A DNA stretch of 64,000 nt, taken from assembly GCA_045585895.1 (NCBI GenBank), contig JAZMZI010000051.1, positions 12,696-76,695 on the forward strand. Direction: 5' to 3'. A program made the position numbers and the translations under genes. This stretch comes from Eubacteriales bacterium. Its GTDB lineage: Bacteria > Bacillota > Clostridia > Oscillospirales > CAG-272. Within the stretch, counting starts at the first letter, position 1. Each line of letters begins with the position of its first letter. The notes beneath the pieces are model-generated. The model did not search any database. It was not told the origin of the DNA and saw only the letters and a program-made list of their open reading frames with translations. This document shows positions 36,309 through 45,437 of the stretch, in pieces.

Positions 36309-38099
36309 TTAGCTTTCAGAGTCCTCGGTATTTACCGAAGGAGTCTCTACAGGAGTCTCCTCAATATCCTTATCATCTGGGGTTATCATTGCAACGAAAG
36401 CCTTTTCAGCTCTGCGTCTTACGACTCCGATTATCTTTTTGAGAGGAGATTCAAGCTCTTCGGGATCAACTCTGTAGTTTCCTCTTGCTACCTCTGCCTC
36501 TCTGACGACTTCTCTGTCGCTGTGGACGTCTCTCGTGGGAACGAGAACGATATCGCCCTCCTCAACGTTATTTCCGTCGGGATCGTAACGGTATTTTTTC
36601 TCTCTTCTTTCCTGCCAGAAAACGTCTATGACGTCAACGCCGGGAGCTTCAACCACAAGCTGATCTGCGGCGGATTCTTCAACCGCGGGAATAGTATCAA
36701 GAATATCCTGAACTTCCTCTTCCTCTGCGATCTCCTCTTCCTCTGCGGTTTCTTCTTCAACTATCTCGGTCTCTGCGGTTTCTTCTTCCTCAGTGACCAC
36801 CTCGACCTCTGGTATCTCCTCGGCAGTCTCGACCTCTATCTCAGGCTCTTCGATAAGCGTTTCGATCTCAGCCTCGTGCTCTGCCTCTTTCTCCTCGGGC
36901 ACGATCACGGTCTCGGTGACCTTGGGCTTTACCACTACCTTGACCACGGGACGAACCACGTTGGTAATTTTAGGCTTAACGATAGTGGTGGGCTGAGGCT
37001 CGGGACGAGGCTCAGGCTCAGGCTCGGTGTAGCCCTCGATCTTTATCTCGTAGAAATAGAGAAGCTTGTTATCGGTGGGAATAATGAACTTGGCGCAGGT
37101 CTTATCTTCGTTCTCATACATAAGTATGGGAGACTGGATAGTATCGCGTATTTCAAGCAGCTCGTCGAAGGTCTCGACCTGTATTATCTGATAACCGTAG
37201 GTATCAAATACGTTCTTGATCTTCTGGATGTAAGACTTGTACTGATTTACTATCTTCTTGACACGCGCGGTGTAGGTTATATCCTCGGTTCTCGTCAGAA
37301 GGATAAACGCAACCATTATAAGTATAACGATGGCGTCTATAATTCCGAGAACGATAGCCGCGGCTTTGAATATCTCGCTTCCCGATCCACCTGCGGCGGC
37401 AATGGTCTTAGTCTCCGCATCGGGAACGTTGGAGGTCATTTCGATATTGACCGTTTTGGTCGTAAGAGGTATACGTAATTCGGATCGGTAGCTTTCCGCG
37501 CTGTTGCTTGCGAAAGCCGAGGAATCGCTGAGCACGTCAACTTCAAGAGTGACTACGATATTGCTGGTCGTGCTTGGCAGATCGTACTTCGCCAAGAAGC
37601 TGTTAGCCACGTCGTTATACTCGTCGTAATTGATAACTACGTTTTCGCTTATAACGAGACGGTTTTCACTTTTCTGTGCCTTGTTCTGAACGTTCTTCAA
37701 TACCTTTTCTTCGTTGAGTATTGCTCTTTGGGATTTGTTGTCTATGATCTCAAGTCTTGACGTTACCTTGTAGGAATAACGATAGTTTACGTCATCCGCA
37801 TCCATATCTATCTCATAGGTCATATTGGCAATGATCTGATCGATAAGGGACGCTACGTAAGACTGACCCTGTTCAAGACGGTCTTGTTCAAAGTAATCGT
37901 TTTCCTTGAGATATACGTCATAATCGATGTTTCCGCTCTCACGGTAGTTTATATACTGAGTTTTATCGAGCTGATAAGAAACAAACAGTGATACAAGCAA
38001 CGAGAGTGTAAGCACGACTGCGACAGCCGCTTGCGCAAATATCAGAAGCGATCGGTTTTTTTGGTATTTGGCGCGTTTTTTCTTTTCCTTTTCCGACAT
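36309..38099 (-). CDS. two-TM membrane protein with ~200-aa external domain, Pro/Glu-rich acidic linker and conserved C-terminal domain
   Basis: TM at aa ~18-40 and ~236-258. EPEPEPRPEPQP plus an EEETAE-rich tract. Function unknown. Confidence 0.5.
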   Translation of the reverse strand: MSEKEKKKRAKYQKNRSLLIFAQAAVAVVLTLSLLVSLFVSYQLDKTQYINYRESGNIDYDVYLKENDYFEQDRLEQGQSYVASLIDQIIANMTYEIDMDADDVNYRYSYKVTSRLEIIDNKSQRAILNEEKVLKNVQNKAQKSENRLVISENVVINYDEYNDVANSFLAKYDLPSTTSNIVVTLEVDVLSDSSAFASNSAESYRSELRIPLTTKTVNIEMTSNVPDAETKTIAAAGGSGSEIFKAAAIVLGIIDAIVILIMVAFILLTRTEDITYTARVKKIVNQYKSYIQKIKNVFDTYGYQIIQVETFDELLEIRDTIQSPILMYENEDKTCAKFIIPTDNKLLYFYEIKIEGYTEPEPEPRPEPQPTTIVKPKITNVVRPVVKVVVKPKVTETVIVPEEKEAEHEAEIETLIEEPEIEVETAEEIPEVEVVTEEEETAETEIVEEETAEEEEIAEEEEVQDILDTIPAVEESAADQLVVEAPGVDVIDVFWQERREKKYRYDPDGNNVEEGDIVLVPTRDVHSDREVVREAEVARGNYRVDPEELESPLKKIIGVVRRRAEKAFVAMITPDDKDIEETPVETPSVNTEDSES

Positions 38100-38120
38100 T
38101 TAATGTAACCTCCTTTCTTC

Positions 38121-39245
38121 TTAATTTGAAATAATTTCTCTCAGCCACAGAGTGGGAAAACCGACAAATGGAACCTTAATGTCGGTCAACCCGACTATGT
38201 CAGCCTCGGTTCTGTATCCGAAATCGGGATCGGGATTGGCATCACCTTTCGTGTAATACCTTCTCTCTCCCTGAATATCTTCGATTTTAATTACTCTGTG
38301 TATTACGTTTGACTGTCCTTGAGAAAAGACGATGACCTGTCCTTCCTCGATTTTTTGATCATCATACTGCTCGTAGATAATCATATCGCCCTTGTTTATC
38401 TCACCCGTCATACTTTCGGTTGCAATAACCAAAGCACCGAAGCGAAACTGGTTTGATATGAGCATTGCGACGGAGACAATAATAACGACGGTAATAACGG
38501 TTAATACCGCCGAGAGCTTGCCTCCCTTTTTTTCTTTTGCGTTCTTCTTTTTCTTCTCGTAAAGTCCCATAACGAACGCAAGCAACAGTATGGGAAGAAT
38601 TATTTTGATACAGGCGGTGAGTGCGTCTGACATCGCGCTTACGTTAGGAAGTGCGTAAATATAACACATCGTTATAATACGGAAGGATATATTGGGCAGC
38701 ACTCCGAAGTTTTTTGATACGTAGTGGTAATAAAGGTTTGCGCAAAGCGCGGGGAAAAGCGTCATTCCAACAAGACTCATGAACATATTGAAATTTCTTA
38801 TTCCCGCTAAATTGGAATAGGTCAGCACTTCGACGAGAACGCAGGTGAGAAAGGTAATAAAGCTTACAAGCTTATTCTTCTGCGCTAAAAATACGCGGCG
38901 GATTATCTCTGAGGTAATGATAATGGAGAGGGTGGGAAGAACCGCAGTCCAGAAGGTCTCGGCGTTTACGAAATAGGGATTGTAGTAATAGCCCATATAA
39001 AGACCCGACATATGAAGAAGTATTACGTAGAGAGCCGCAACGACGGTGCTGATCAAAAGAACTTCTCTTTTGTATATCGATACTATGTCTCTTTTTTTAA
39101 TAATGAGACAAACTATCGGGGTTACGGGAAGCAGCAAGCAAGCCGTAACTATTTTGCTGCTTCCTAAATCCACAAAGAGAGTGATAAGGAGGACGGCAAA
39201 GGTTATAAAAGACGTTAAGTATAAAGTTTTTTTATCCTTAGACAT
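38121..39245 (-). CDS. fusion of an ~8-TM membrane domain (aa 1-260) with an archaeal/ER-type (SipW-like) signal peptidase I domain
   Basis: C-terminal domain: ATESMTGEI (Ser), GQVIVF, NVIHRVI (His), YYTKGDANPDPD (GDxN box). Confidence 0.7.
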   Translation of the reverse strand: MSKDKKTLYLTSFITFAVLLITLFVDLGSSKIVTACLLLPVTPIVCLIIKKRDIVSIYKREVLLISTVVAALYVILLHMSGLYMGYYYNPYFVNAETFWTAVLPTLSIIITSEIIRRVFLAQKNKLVSFITFLTCVLVEVLTYSNLAGIRNFNMFMSLVGMTLFPALCANLYYHYVSKNFGVLPNISFRIITMCYIYALPNVSAMSDALTACIKIILPILLLAFVMGLYEKKKKNAKEKKGGKLSAVLTVITVVIIVSVAMLISNQFRFGALVIATESMTGEINKGDMIIYEQYDDQKIEEGQVIVFSQGQSNVIHRVIKIEDIQGERRYYTKGDANPDPDFGYRTEADIVGLTDIKVPFVGFPTLWLREIISN

Positions 39246-39303
39246 TTACCGTCCTCCTTTCCAATCAATTAAAAGTTTAATTTTTTATCCGTTATCGCTT
39301 TGA

Positions 39304-39813
39304 TCAGGGATTAGGATTAACGGAGGTGGAATCGATGGTAATGGTGAAATACTGCTTTACCTGCTCACTCATACCCTCATCAAGAGTTACTGTTACATTA
39401 ACAGTGGTGGTTGCGCCTGCTGCAAGGGTAACAGGATTAGTTGCAAGGTCATCCATAGAGGTTGTAACTGTAAACACGTTAGTATCCACATTCTCTTTCG
39501 CAATACCGGTGAGATACATAGGAAATTGGTTTTCGTTTGTGATGGTAAACTTACCTGTGAGGGTGTCTCCTTGCTTGCTCATACCGTTAATGGTAAAGGA
39601 AACGGTCTTGTCAGGGAGAGTGCCGGGGGTTGCGGTAACACCGGTCGTTGCAGATACATCTTCATATGCAGTAAACTTAACGTCAAAGGACTGTGCCTGT
39701 GTGGAAACTACACCGTTGATAACAAGGTGACCGGTGGTAGCCGCATAACCTATACCGAGTGCAAGTGCTGCAACGAGAAGCAGCGCGATGATGACTGTTC
39801 TGTTCTTTTTCAT
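39304..39813 (-). CDS. small Thr-rich secreted beta-protein, probable SipW-type substrate / fibre subunit
   Basis: MKKNRTVIIALLLVAALALGIGYAATTGHLVINGV. The remainder is beta-strand-like and T/V/N-rich. Confidence 0.5.
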   Translation of the reverse strand: MKKNRTVIIALLLVAALALGIGYAATTGHLVINGVVSTQAQSFDVKFTAYEDVSATTGVTATPGTLPDKTVSFTINGMSKQGDTLTGKFTITNENQFPMYLTGIAKENVDTNVFTVTTSMDDLATNPVTLAAGATTTVNVTVTLDEGMSEQVKQYFTITIDSTSVNPNP

Positions 39814-40043
39814 TTTGTTTTTCTCCTTTGTAGAAAAATTTTTTTGTTTGAGCCTTCCCTAATAGGCTCTTTTTTCTTAAGAAAGCAAATTTTTCCAGCC
39901 TTCTAAACGTATTTTAGCACCCTATGACTACAACTCGACTACAAATTTTGCAGTTTTTCAAAAAAAATTTAAAAAATATCAAAAAAATTTCGGCGCGTCC
40001 CTTTTTGATACGGAACGCGCCGAAAAGCTTCATTAATTATTTA

Positions 40044-40847
40044 TTATTTCATATTATGTACGCGGCTTTCAAGATAACCCACGGTAAATTCAGCCCATGA
40101 ATAGGCGCTCATATACTGACCCGTGAAGGAATTTATTGCTCTTACGTCGCCTTCAAGAAATCTGTAGTAATCGCAATCTATCTTCGCGGTATTGACGAGA
40201 ATTCCCTGTCTGCCCTTAAGTATCAGGTCGTTCTCTCCCAAGCCCTGCAAGGTTTTTACGAGACTTGCAACGTAGACCTGCAAATTCTTCTGCCTTACTC
40301 TGTCGTAATCTCCGTCCTCCCAGATAACCGATGCCAATTCGGCATAGGTCACCGACGTGCCTCTTTTATCTATAAGGTAAGCAAATATCTCCTTCGACTG
40401 CTTTCGCTCGAATTTCACGGGAGAGCCGTCGATAAAAACCTCGAAATTTCCGAAGGTCTGGACCCTCACTCTCTTTCCCGCGTCCCACTCAACGGGATGG
40501 CGGAGATTTTCCATCTCGGTCTTGACCTGTGCCGCCGTTACGGGCTTTAAAAGATATCCGCTGGAGCGCAGGTCTATGGCGTCCTTCATATGCTCGGAAA
40601 ATCCCGTGGCAAAAATTATATTAACCTTGGGATTTATATCTTTCAGAACCTTTGCAAGCTCTATTCCCGTCATTCCCGACATATGGATATCTAAAAACGC
40701 CACGTCGATCTTATTCTTTTTTGCCGTTTCGATGGCGCTTTCAGGCTCGTCGCAAAGATAAAGCACTGCTCCCGAAACCGCATCTTTTATCGCCTGTTCA
40801 ATAAGCTTAAGCGCAAAATATTCGTCGTCAACTGCCAATATGTTCAT
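40044..40847 (-). CDS. response regulator: receiver + SARP/OmpR-like winged-helix output
   Basis: ILAVDDE...FLDIHMSGMTG...LLKP. Then VQTFGNFEVFIDGSPVKF..KQSKEIFAYLIDKRG..VTYAELASVIWED. Confidence 0.75.
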   Translation of the reverse strand: MNILAVDDEYFALKLIEQAIKDAVSGAVLYLCDEPESAIETAKKNKIDVAFLDIHMSGMTGIELAKVLKDINPKVNIIFATGFSEHMKDAIDLRSSGYLLKPVTAAQVKTEMENLRHPVEWDAGKRVRVQTFGNFEVFIDGSPVKFERKQSKEIFAYLIDKRGTSVTYAELASVIWEDGDYDRVRQKNLQVYVASLVKTLQGLGENDLILKGRQGILVNTAKIDCDYYRFLEGDVRAINSFTGQYMSAYSWAEFTVGYLESRVHNMK

Positions 40848-42120
40848 TTTTTACCTTCACCATATATTTTTTCTTATTGGGTATCTTCACGGTAACTCTC
40901 GTCCCGACGTCCTTCTTACTCTTGATCTCAAGACGCCCGTTGCACATATCCTTCAATCTGTTTCTTACGTTACCGATGCCGATCCTCTCACCCTTTTCGC
41001 GGAGAAGACGCTCACTGTCAAAGCCAACGCCGTTATCCTTGATCTCTACGACATAGTGCTTATCGGTCTTATAGGTAGAGATCCTTACCGTTCCGCCTCC
41101 GCTCTTTTTTGTGATGCCGTGCTTTATTGCGTTCTCCACCAGCGGCTGTATCGTCAGCGCGGGAACGTAAAAATCTTTGCAATCTATGGCGTAAACAACG
41201 TCGATCTTTTCTCCGAATCTTGCCTTCTCTATCTTGAGGTAGCATCCGATATGACGAAGCTCCTGCTCAAAGGGAATAAGCTCTACCGAGGTAAGATTAT
41301 CGAGATTTCGGCGAAGAAAGGTTGAAAAATCTATCGTAAGATTCTTTGCGCGCTTCGGGTCTATTTCGCACATAGACGCGATCGTAGTCAAAGTATTATA
41401 CATAAAATGAGGATTTATCTGCGACATCATTATGGCAGTCCTCTGCTCTCTTATCAGCTTGAGCTTTTGCTGATATATGACCGTATAGATCATCAGCGTG
41501 CTTATAACGAAGCCGATATAGGTCAATGACAGTCCGTGTATGCAATAATCGAGTATTACGCAGACGGTAGGCACGATTGCATAGATATAGTAGACGAATC
41601 TGTTTTTGAGGCTTACCCATCTTGCCGCCAGCACCATAATGAAGATAGTGAAAAACGACGTAAGCGGAAATACGAGATGCGCCAATGACAAAAACACATT
41701 GTCTCCGTGAACGTAATGTCCGTCGCCGTCTATTACGAAGGAATGGAGCAGCGCAACGTCGCAAAGCAAGGTCAGCATAGAAAAGGCGCAAAATACGGCA
41801 AAAAGTATCACGATGACCTTCGACGCAACGCTTCCTCTGTACAGGTTACCGCGCAGATACATTATGAAGAAAAGTATTGCCAGATATCCCGAGCAGGACG
41901 CAAGCATATTGGCGATAACCGTCAGGATAGCAAGCTTCGTATGTCCCTCGCCCATCCACGAGATCATATCAAATACGAGCGCGAAAACGATAGCTATCAT
42001 CAAAAGCAAAAAGCTGTTTGATCGGCTCTCTTTTTTTATTCTTTCGCTGAAGCAACTGAAAAATATTATCAGCGTTATAATTATACCCACTGCATCAAGC
42101 GCAATATTTACCTGCGGCAC
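40828..42120 (-). CDS. LytS/YehU-type sensor histidine kinase (6-7 TM + His_kinase + GHKL)
   Basis: QINPHFMYNTLTTIASM, LVENAIKHG, DNGVGF, GIGNVRNRL. Confidence 0.85.
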   Translation of the reverse strand: MPQVNIALDAVGIIITLIIFFSCFSERIKKESRSNSFLLLMIAIVFALVFDMISWMGEGHTKLAILTVIANMLASCSGYLAILFFIMYLRGNLYRGSVASKVIVILFAVFCAFSMLTLLCDVALLHSFVIDGDGHYVHGDNVFLSLAHLVFPLTSFFTIFIMVLAARWVSLKNRFVYYIYAIVPTVCVILDYCIHGLSLTYIGFVISTLMIYTVIYQQKLKLIREQRTAIMMSQINPHFMYNTLTTIASMCEIDPKRAKNLTIDFSTFLRRNLDNLTSVELIPFEQELRHIGCYLKIEKARFGEKIDVVYAIDCKDFYVPALTIQPLVENAIKHGITKKSGGGTVRISTYKTDKHYVVEIKDNGVGFDSERLLREKGERIGIGNVRNRLKDMCNGRLEIKSKKDVGTRVTVKIPNKKKYMVKVKNEHIGS

Positions 42121-42208
42121 GTCCTCGCCTCCTTAACCGTTTTAACTTGATCATATTATAATACATTAAGCCGCATATGTCAACGGTTTTATATTAAAGC
42201 AACCGTTT

Positions 42209-42670
42209 TCACGATCCAAAAACCGTTTTTTCCACGATCTTGGCGAATTTTTCGATACCCTCGCGATCGTTTTCGTCAAAGCGCGCATGCTTTGGGCTAT
42301 CGATATCCAAAACTCCCACAACTTCTCCGTTCTTATTGAAAATCGGCACTACTATCTCACTGTTTGAAGCCACGTCGCAGGCAATGTGCCCCGGGAACGT
42401 GTGAACATCCTTTACAAGCTGCGTTTTCTTCTCTGCCACCGCCGTTCCGCATACTCCGCGTCCTACGGGTATTTCGATGCAGGCAGGCTTGCCCTGAAAT
42501 GCGTTAAGCACAAGCTTGCCATCCTCCATAAGGTAAAATCCCGCCCAATTAAGGTCTTCAAGAGTATTGAAAATCAAAGCCGACGCGTTGGCAAGGTTTG
42601 CCGTTTTGTGCGGCACGCCGCATATAAGCGCTTTTAACTCGGAACAAAGCTCGTTATAATTCGTTTTCAT
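42209..42670 (-). CDS. GAF domain protein (free Met-(R)-sulfoxide reductase-like)
   Basis: WAGFYL..., IPVGRGVCGTA..., HIACD..S.SEIVVP. Confidence 0.75.
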   Translation of the reverse strand: MKTNYNELCSELKALICGVPHKTANLANASALIFNTLEDLNWAGFYLMEDGKLVLNAFQGKPACIEIPVGRGVCGTAVAEKKTQLVKDVHTFPGHIACDVASNSEIVVPIFNKNGEVVGVLDIDSPKHARFDENDREGIEKFAKIVEKTVFGS

Positions 42671-42756
42671 AATTCACCTTACGTTTTATTTAAAAATATC
42701 ATCCCTATTAATTTTATCACTCCCGTCAAAAAATGTCAACCCTTGCGTGAAAACTG

Positions 42757-42785
42757 TTGACTTTTGAATAAAAATAGTTTATAAT
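42757..42785 (+). promoter_or_regulatory. promoter TTGACT-17-TATAAT
   Basis: 42757-42762 and 42780-42785, upstream of the aldo/keto reductase. Confidence 0.5.
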
Positions 42786-42818
42786 TATGATAGTTTATTA
42801 TAACATTCGGAGGTCTTA

Positions 42819-43943
42819 ATGGCGAATTTTGATAAAGTTAAAGGCAATTTCGGCTTTGGTTGTATGCGTTTTCCGATGAAAGACGGGGAGGTAGATACCG
42901 CCACCGTCTGCGAGATGGTCGACGCTTTTCTTGATGCGGGATTTAACTATTTCGATACGGCTCACGGATATCTCAGCGGTAAAAGTGAGACCGCGCTCCG
43001 CGAGTGCCTTACCTCTCGCCACCCCCGTGAAAGCTATATTTTGACAAACAAGCTTTCAAATCCTCACTTTGAAAAGGAAAGCGAAATCCGTCCTCTTTTC
43101 GAGGAAGAGCTTAAGGCTTGCGGAGTCGATTATTTTGATTTCTACCTTATGCACGCGCAGAACAGAACGAATTTTGAAAAATACAAGGCTTGCCGCGCTT
43201 ACGAGACCGCGCTGGAGCTTAAAAACGAGGGCAAGGTCAGACACGTGGGCATTTCCTTCCACGACACCGCCGATATTCTTGACATGATACTTACCGAAAA
43301 GCCTATGATCGAGGTGGTTCAGATACAGTTCAACTATCTTGACTACGACGATGCGTCGGTTCAGTCGAGGCTTTGCCTTGAGACCTGCCGCAAGCACGGT
43401 AAAAAGGTTATCGTTATGGAGCCTGTCAAGGGCGGAAGTCTCGTCAATCTTCCCAACGACGCGGCGGCTGTTCTCGACGAACTTAACGGCGGCAGTCACG
43501 CAAGCTACGCGATCCGCTTTGCCGCAAGCTTTGAGGACATCTTTATGGTGCTCTCGGGCATGGGAAATATGGATATGATGCGCGACAATCTTTCCTATAT
43601 GACCGATTTCAAGCCTCTCGACGAAACCGAGATGGCTGCAGTTTTCAAGGTTGCGGAGGTCATAAAGAGTAAAAATCTTATTCCCTGCACATCTTGCCGC
43701 TATTGCGTTGACGGTTGCCCCGCAAACATCGCCATCCCAAAGCTTTTCGCCTGCATGAACGAGAGCAACAAGTGGAAGAATTGGAATTCGGGATATTATT
43801 ACGGCATTTTCACAAAAGATCGCGGCAAGGCAAGTGATTGCATCGGCTGCGGACAGTGTGAGGATATCTGCCCTCAGAAGCTTCCTATAAGAGAGCTGCT
43901 CAAACAGGTCGAAGAATATTTTGAAAAGAACCCTATTGATTGA
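42819..43943 (+). CDS. aldo/keto reductase with C-terminal 4Fe-4S ferredoxin-type domain
   Basis: GCMRFP, FDTAHGY, HVGISFH. C-terminal CTSCRYCVDGCP and CIGCGQCEDICP. Confidence 0.8.
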   Translation: MANFDKVKGNFGFGCMRFPMKDGEVDTATVCEMVDAFLDAGFNYFDTAHGYLSGKSETALRECLTSRHPRESYILTNKLSNPHFEKESEIRPLFEEELKACGVDYFDFYLMHAQNRTNFEKYKACRAYETALELKNEGKVRHVGISFHDTADILDMILTEKPMIEVVQIQFNYLDYDDASVQSRLCLETCRKHGKKVIVMEPVKGGSLVNLPNDAAAVLDELNGGSHASYAIRFAASFEDIFMVLSGMGNMDMMRDNLSYMTDFKPLDETEMAAVFKVAEVIKSKNLIPCTSCRYCVDGCPANIAIPKLFACMNESNKWKNWNSGYYYGIFTKDRGKASDCIGCGQCEDICPQKLPIRELLKQVEEYFEKNPID

Positions 43944-43990
43944 TATTTTGCGTCGAAAATGAATTTATTTAACATATAAGGAGATATATT

Positions 43991-44536
43991 ATGGATTTTA
44001 CCGTTGAACTTTTAAAATACCCCACAGAAGAGGATTGGATGCTTTGTAAGCTCTGCACCCTCAACACCGTCGGCAAGACCAGCACAAAGCTCCCCACCGC
44101 CGAGTGGAGACACAAGCTGCTCATGAGCGAGCACAGCCCCATCAGAACCCTCAATTTCTGTATTAAAATGGTAATTCCCTATTACGTTTCGGTTCATTTC
44201 TGCCGTCACTTTATCGGAGTTACTCACTTCGTGCAGAGCCAGAGAAACGACCGTCAGGAAAACTACGACAGAACCAAGGCTCCCCAGGATTCTCCCGTTT
44301 CCCACATGATGTATATCAACGCGCAGGAGCTTATGTTTATGTCTCGCCGCCGCCTCTGTATGCAGGCTGACCCCTATACCCGCAAGGTAATGGCGGAGAT
44401 AGTCAGACTCGTCGAGGAACAGTGCCCCGAATTCGTCGGCACTCTCGAGCCTATGTGCTCCTATCGTGGAGGCAGATGCACCGAGTTTACCCCCTGCGGT
44501 CTTTACAAGAAGTATCTTACGGGTAAAGAAGAATAA
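43991..44536 (+). CDS. short ThyX (Thy1)-fold protein with divergent signature motif
   Basis: [23 protein letters not shown] aligns by eye to ThyX [36 protein letters not shown] aligns to NARSLMNFLNLR. Length is 181 aa. Confidence 0.45.
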   Translation: [181 protein letters not shown]

Positions 44537-44550
44537 CGACAAGATAAAAA

Positions 44551-44578
44551 GAAGTAGCAAAAACGCTACTTCTTTTTT
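44551..44578 (+). terminator. intrinsic terminator
   Basis: GAAGTAGC-AAAAAC-GCTACTTC followed by TTTTTT. Confidence 0.75.
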
Positions 44579-44964
44579 GTTTCAAATTTTGATTTATCGG
44601 TGGTTTATTACTAACTTTTCTTGCCATCAGCGGCAAAAAAAGTTACAAAAGAAACGCCGCTTAAGGGTAGGGGGTCTCACGAATAAAAAAGCAGCAAGCC
44701 GCATTTTTGTTCGTCACGACATCCCCTCCCTTAAGGATCCCAACCCCTGTCGGCTTCGCCGACGACACGAAATGAAATCTTATTTAAACTTAAAGATATT
44801 TAGGTTTAAATAAAACTGTGAAGGCCGGGTTTAACACCCTTTAAAGGGGATGTGACAGTGGGGGATTTTTTTAGCTCCGAAGGAGCAAAAAATCCTGCGC
44901 CACCCTAAGAGAACCCCTTCTTTTGGAAAGTTTCTTTGCCTACTTTCTTCTCAAAGAAAGTAGG

Positions 44965-45016
44965 CCGCCGGAGGCACGCGTCCCCCGCGTCCCCCCTCGC
45001 CGCTAAACCCCAATTT
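44965..45016 (-). repeat. G-rich ~50-nt element, copy 1 (immediately after the yraN stop, sense orientation)
   Basis: Reverse strand reads AAATTGGGGTTTAGCGGCGAGGGGGGACGCGGGGGACGCGTGCCTCCGGCGG. Identity to 59533-59581 is about 80% by eye. Confidence 0.7.
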
Positions 45017-45017
45017 A

Positions 45018-45437
45018 TCAATGCAATTTTCTTCCTCTTGCATCAAATGCGTTTCGGATATGGTTGACCTTCAAGACGGTGGGGGTCTTGAACTCGCCTT
45101 TTTGTTCAAGCATATAGACCTCGACGACGTCGATCCGCGGCTGTTTATTGATATAATTCTGCGCCATATAATCGCGCGCCGCCTTGACGGTATTTTTTCG
45201 CTTACCCTCGTCGACCGCGCGGGAGGGGATCCCGTAATCACCCGATTCGGGGTAGAGACAGCTTCTCGTTTTAACTTCAACGAAAACAAGGTAGGCATCG
45301 TCTTCGGCGATAACGTCAAGCTCGTTTTTACCGAAACGCACGTTTCGGCGGACTATACGGTAGCCGTTTTTTTCAAGATAATCGGTGGCGATATCCTCGC
45401 CAAGTTTTCCGAGAATCTGTCTTTCGGTGTCTGCCAT
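45018..45437 (-). CDS. yraN: YraN family (UPF0102) endonuclease-like protein
   Basis: GEDIATDYLEKNGYRIVRRNVRFGKNELDVIAEDD..LVFVEVKTR. Confidence 0.85.
   Translation of the reverse strand: MADTERQILGKLGEDIATDYLEKNGYRIVRRNVRFGKNELDVIAEDDAYLVFVEVKTRSCLYPESGDYGIPSRAVDEGKRKNTVKAARDYMAQNYINKQPRIDVVEVYMLEQKGEFKTPTVLKVNHIRNAFDARGRKLH

Noticed and set aside
36780-37020. Nucleotide-level periodic repeats (GAAGAAG/CTC-rich) as a possible non-coding tandem repeat
   Set aside because: It lies inside a continuous ORF and encodes the acidic EEETAE/EPEPEP linker. This is low-complexity coding sequence, not an independent repeat element.
44466-44813. 115-aa ORF in the hairpin-dense spacer
   Set aside because: It starts inside the ThyX-like gene in another frame, crosses its terminator and has no RBS. 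Its basic low-complexity sequence is dictated by the palindromes.
44580-45016. tmRNA, RNase P RNA, SRP or 6S RNA in the long spacer
   Set aside because: I could not find the GAGGAAAGUCC-type RNase P motif, a tRNA-like GGGG...UCCACCA tmRNA frame with a tag ORF, or an SRP GGAA/GNAR domain IV signature. This was a by-eye check only, so an Infernal scan is still advisable.
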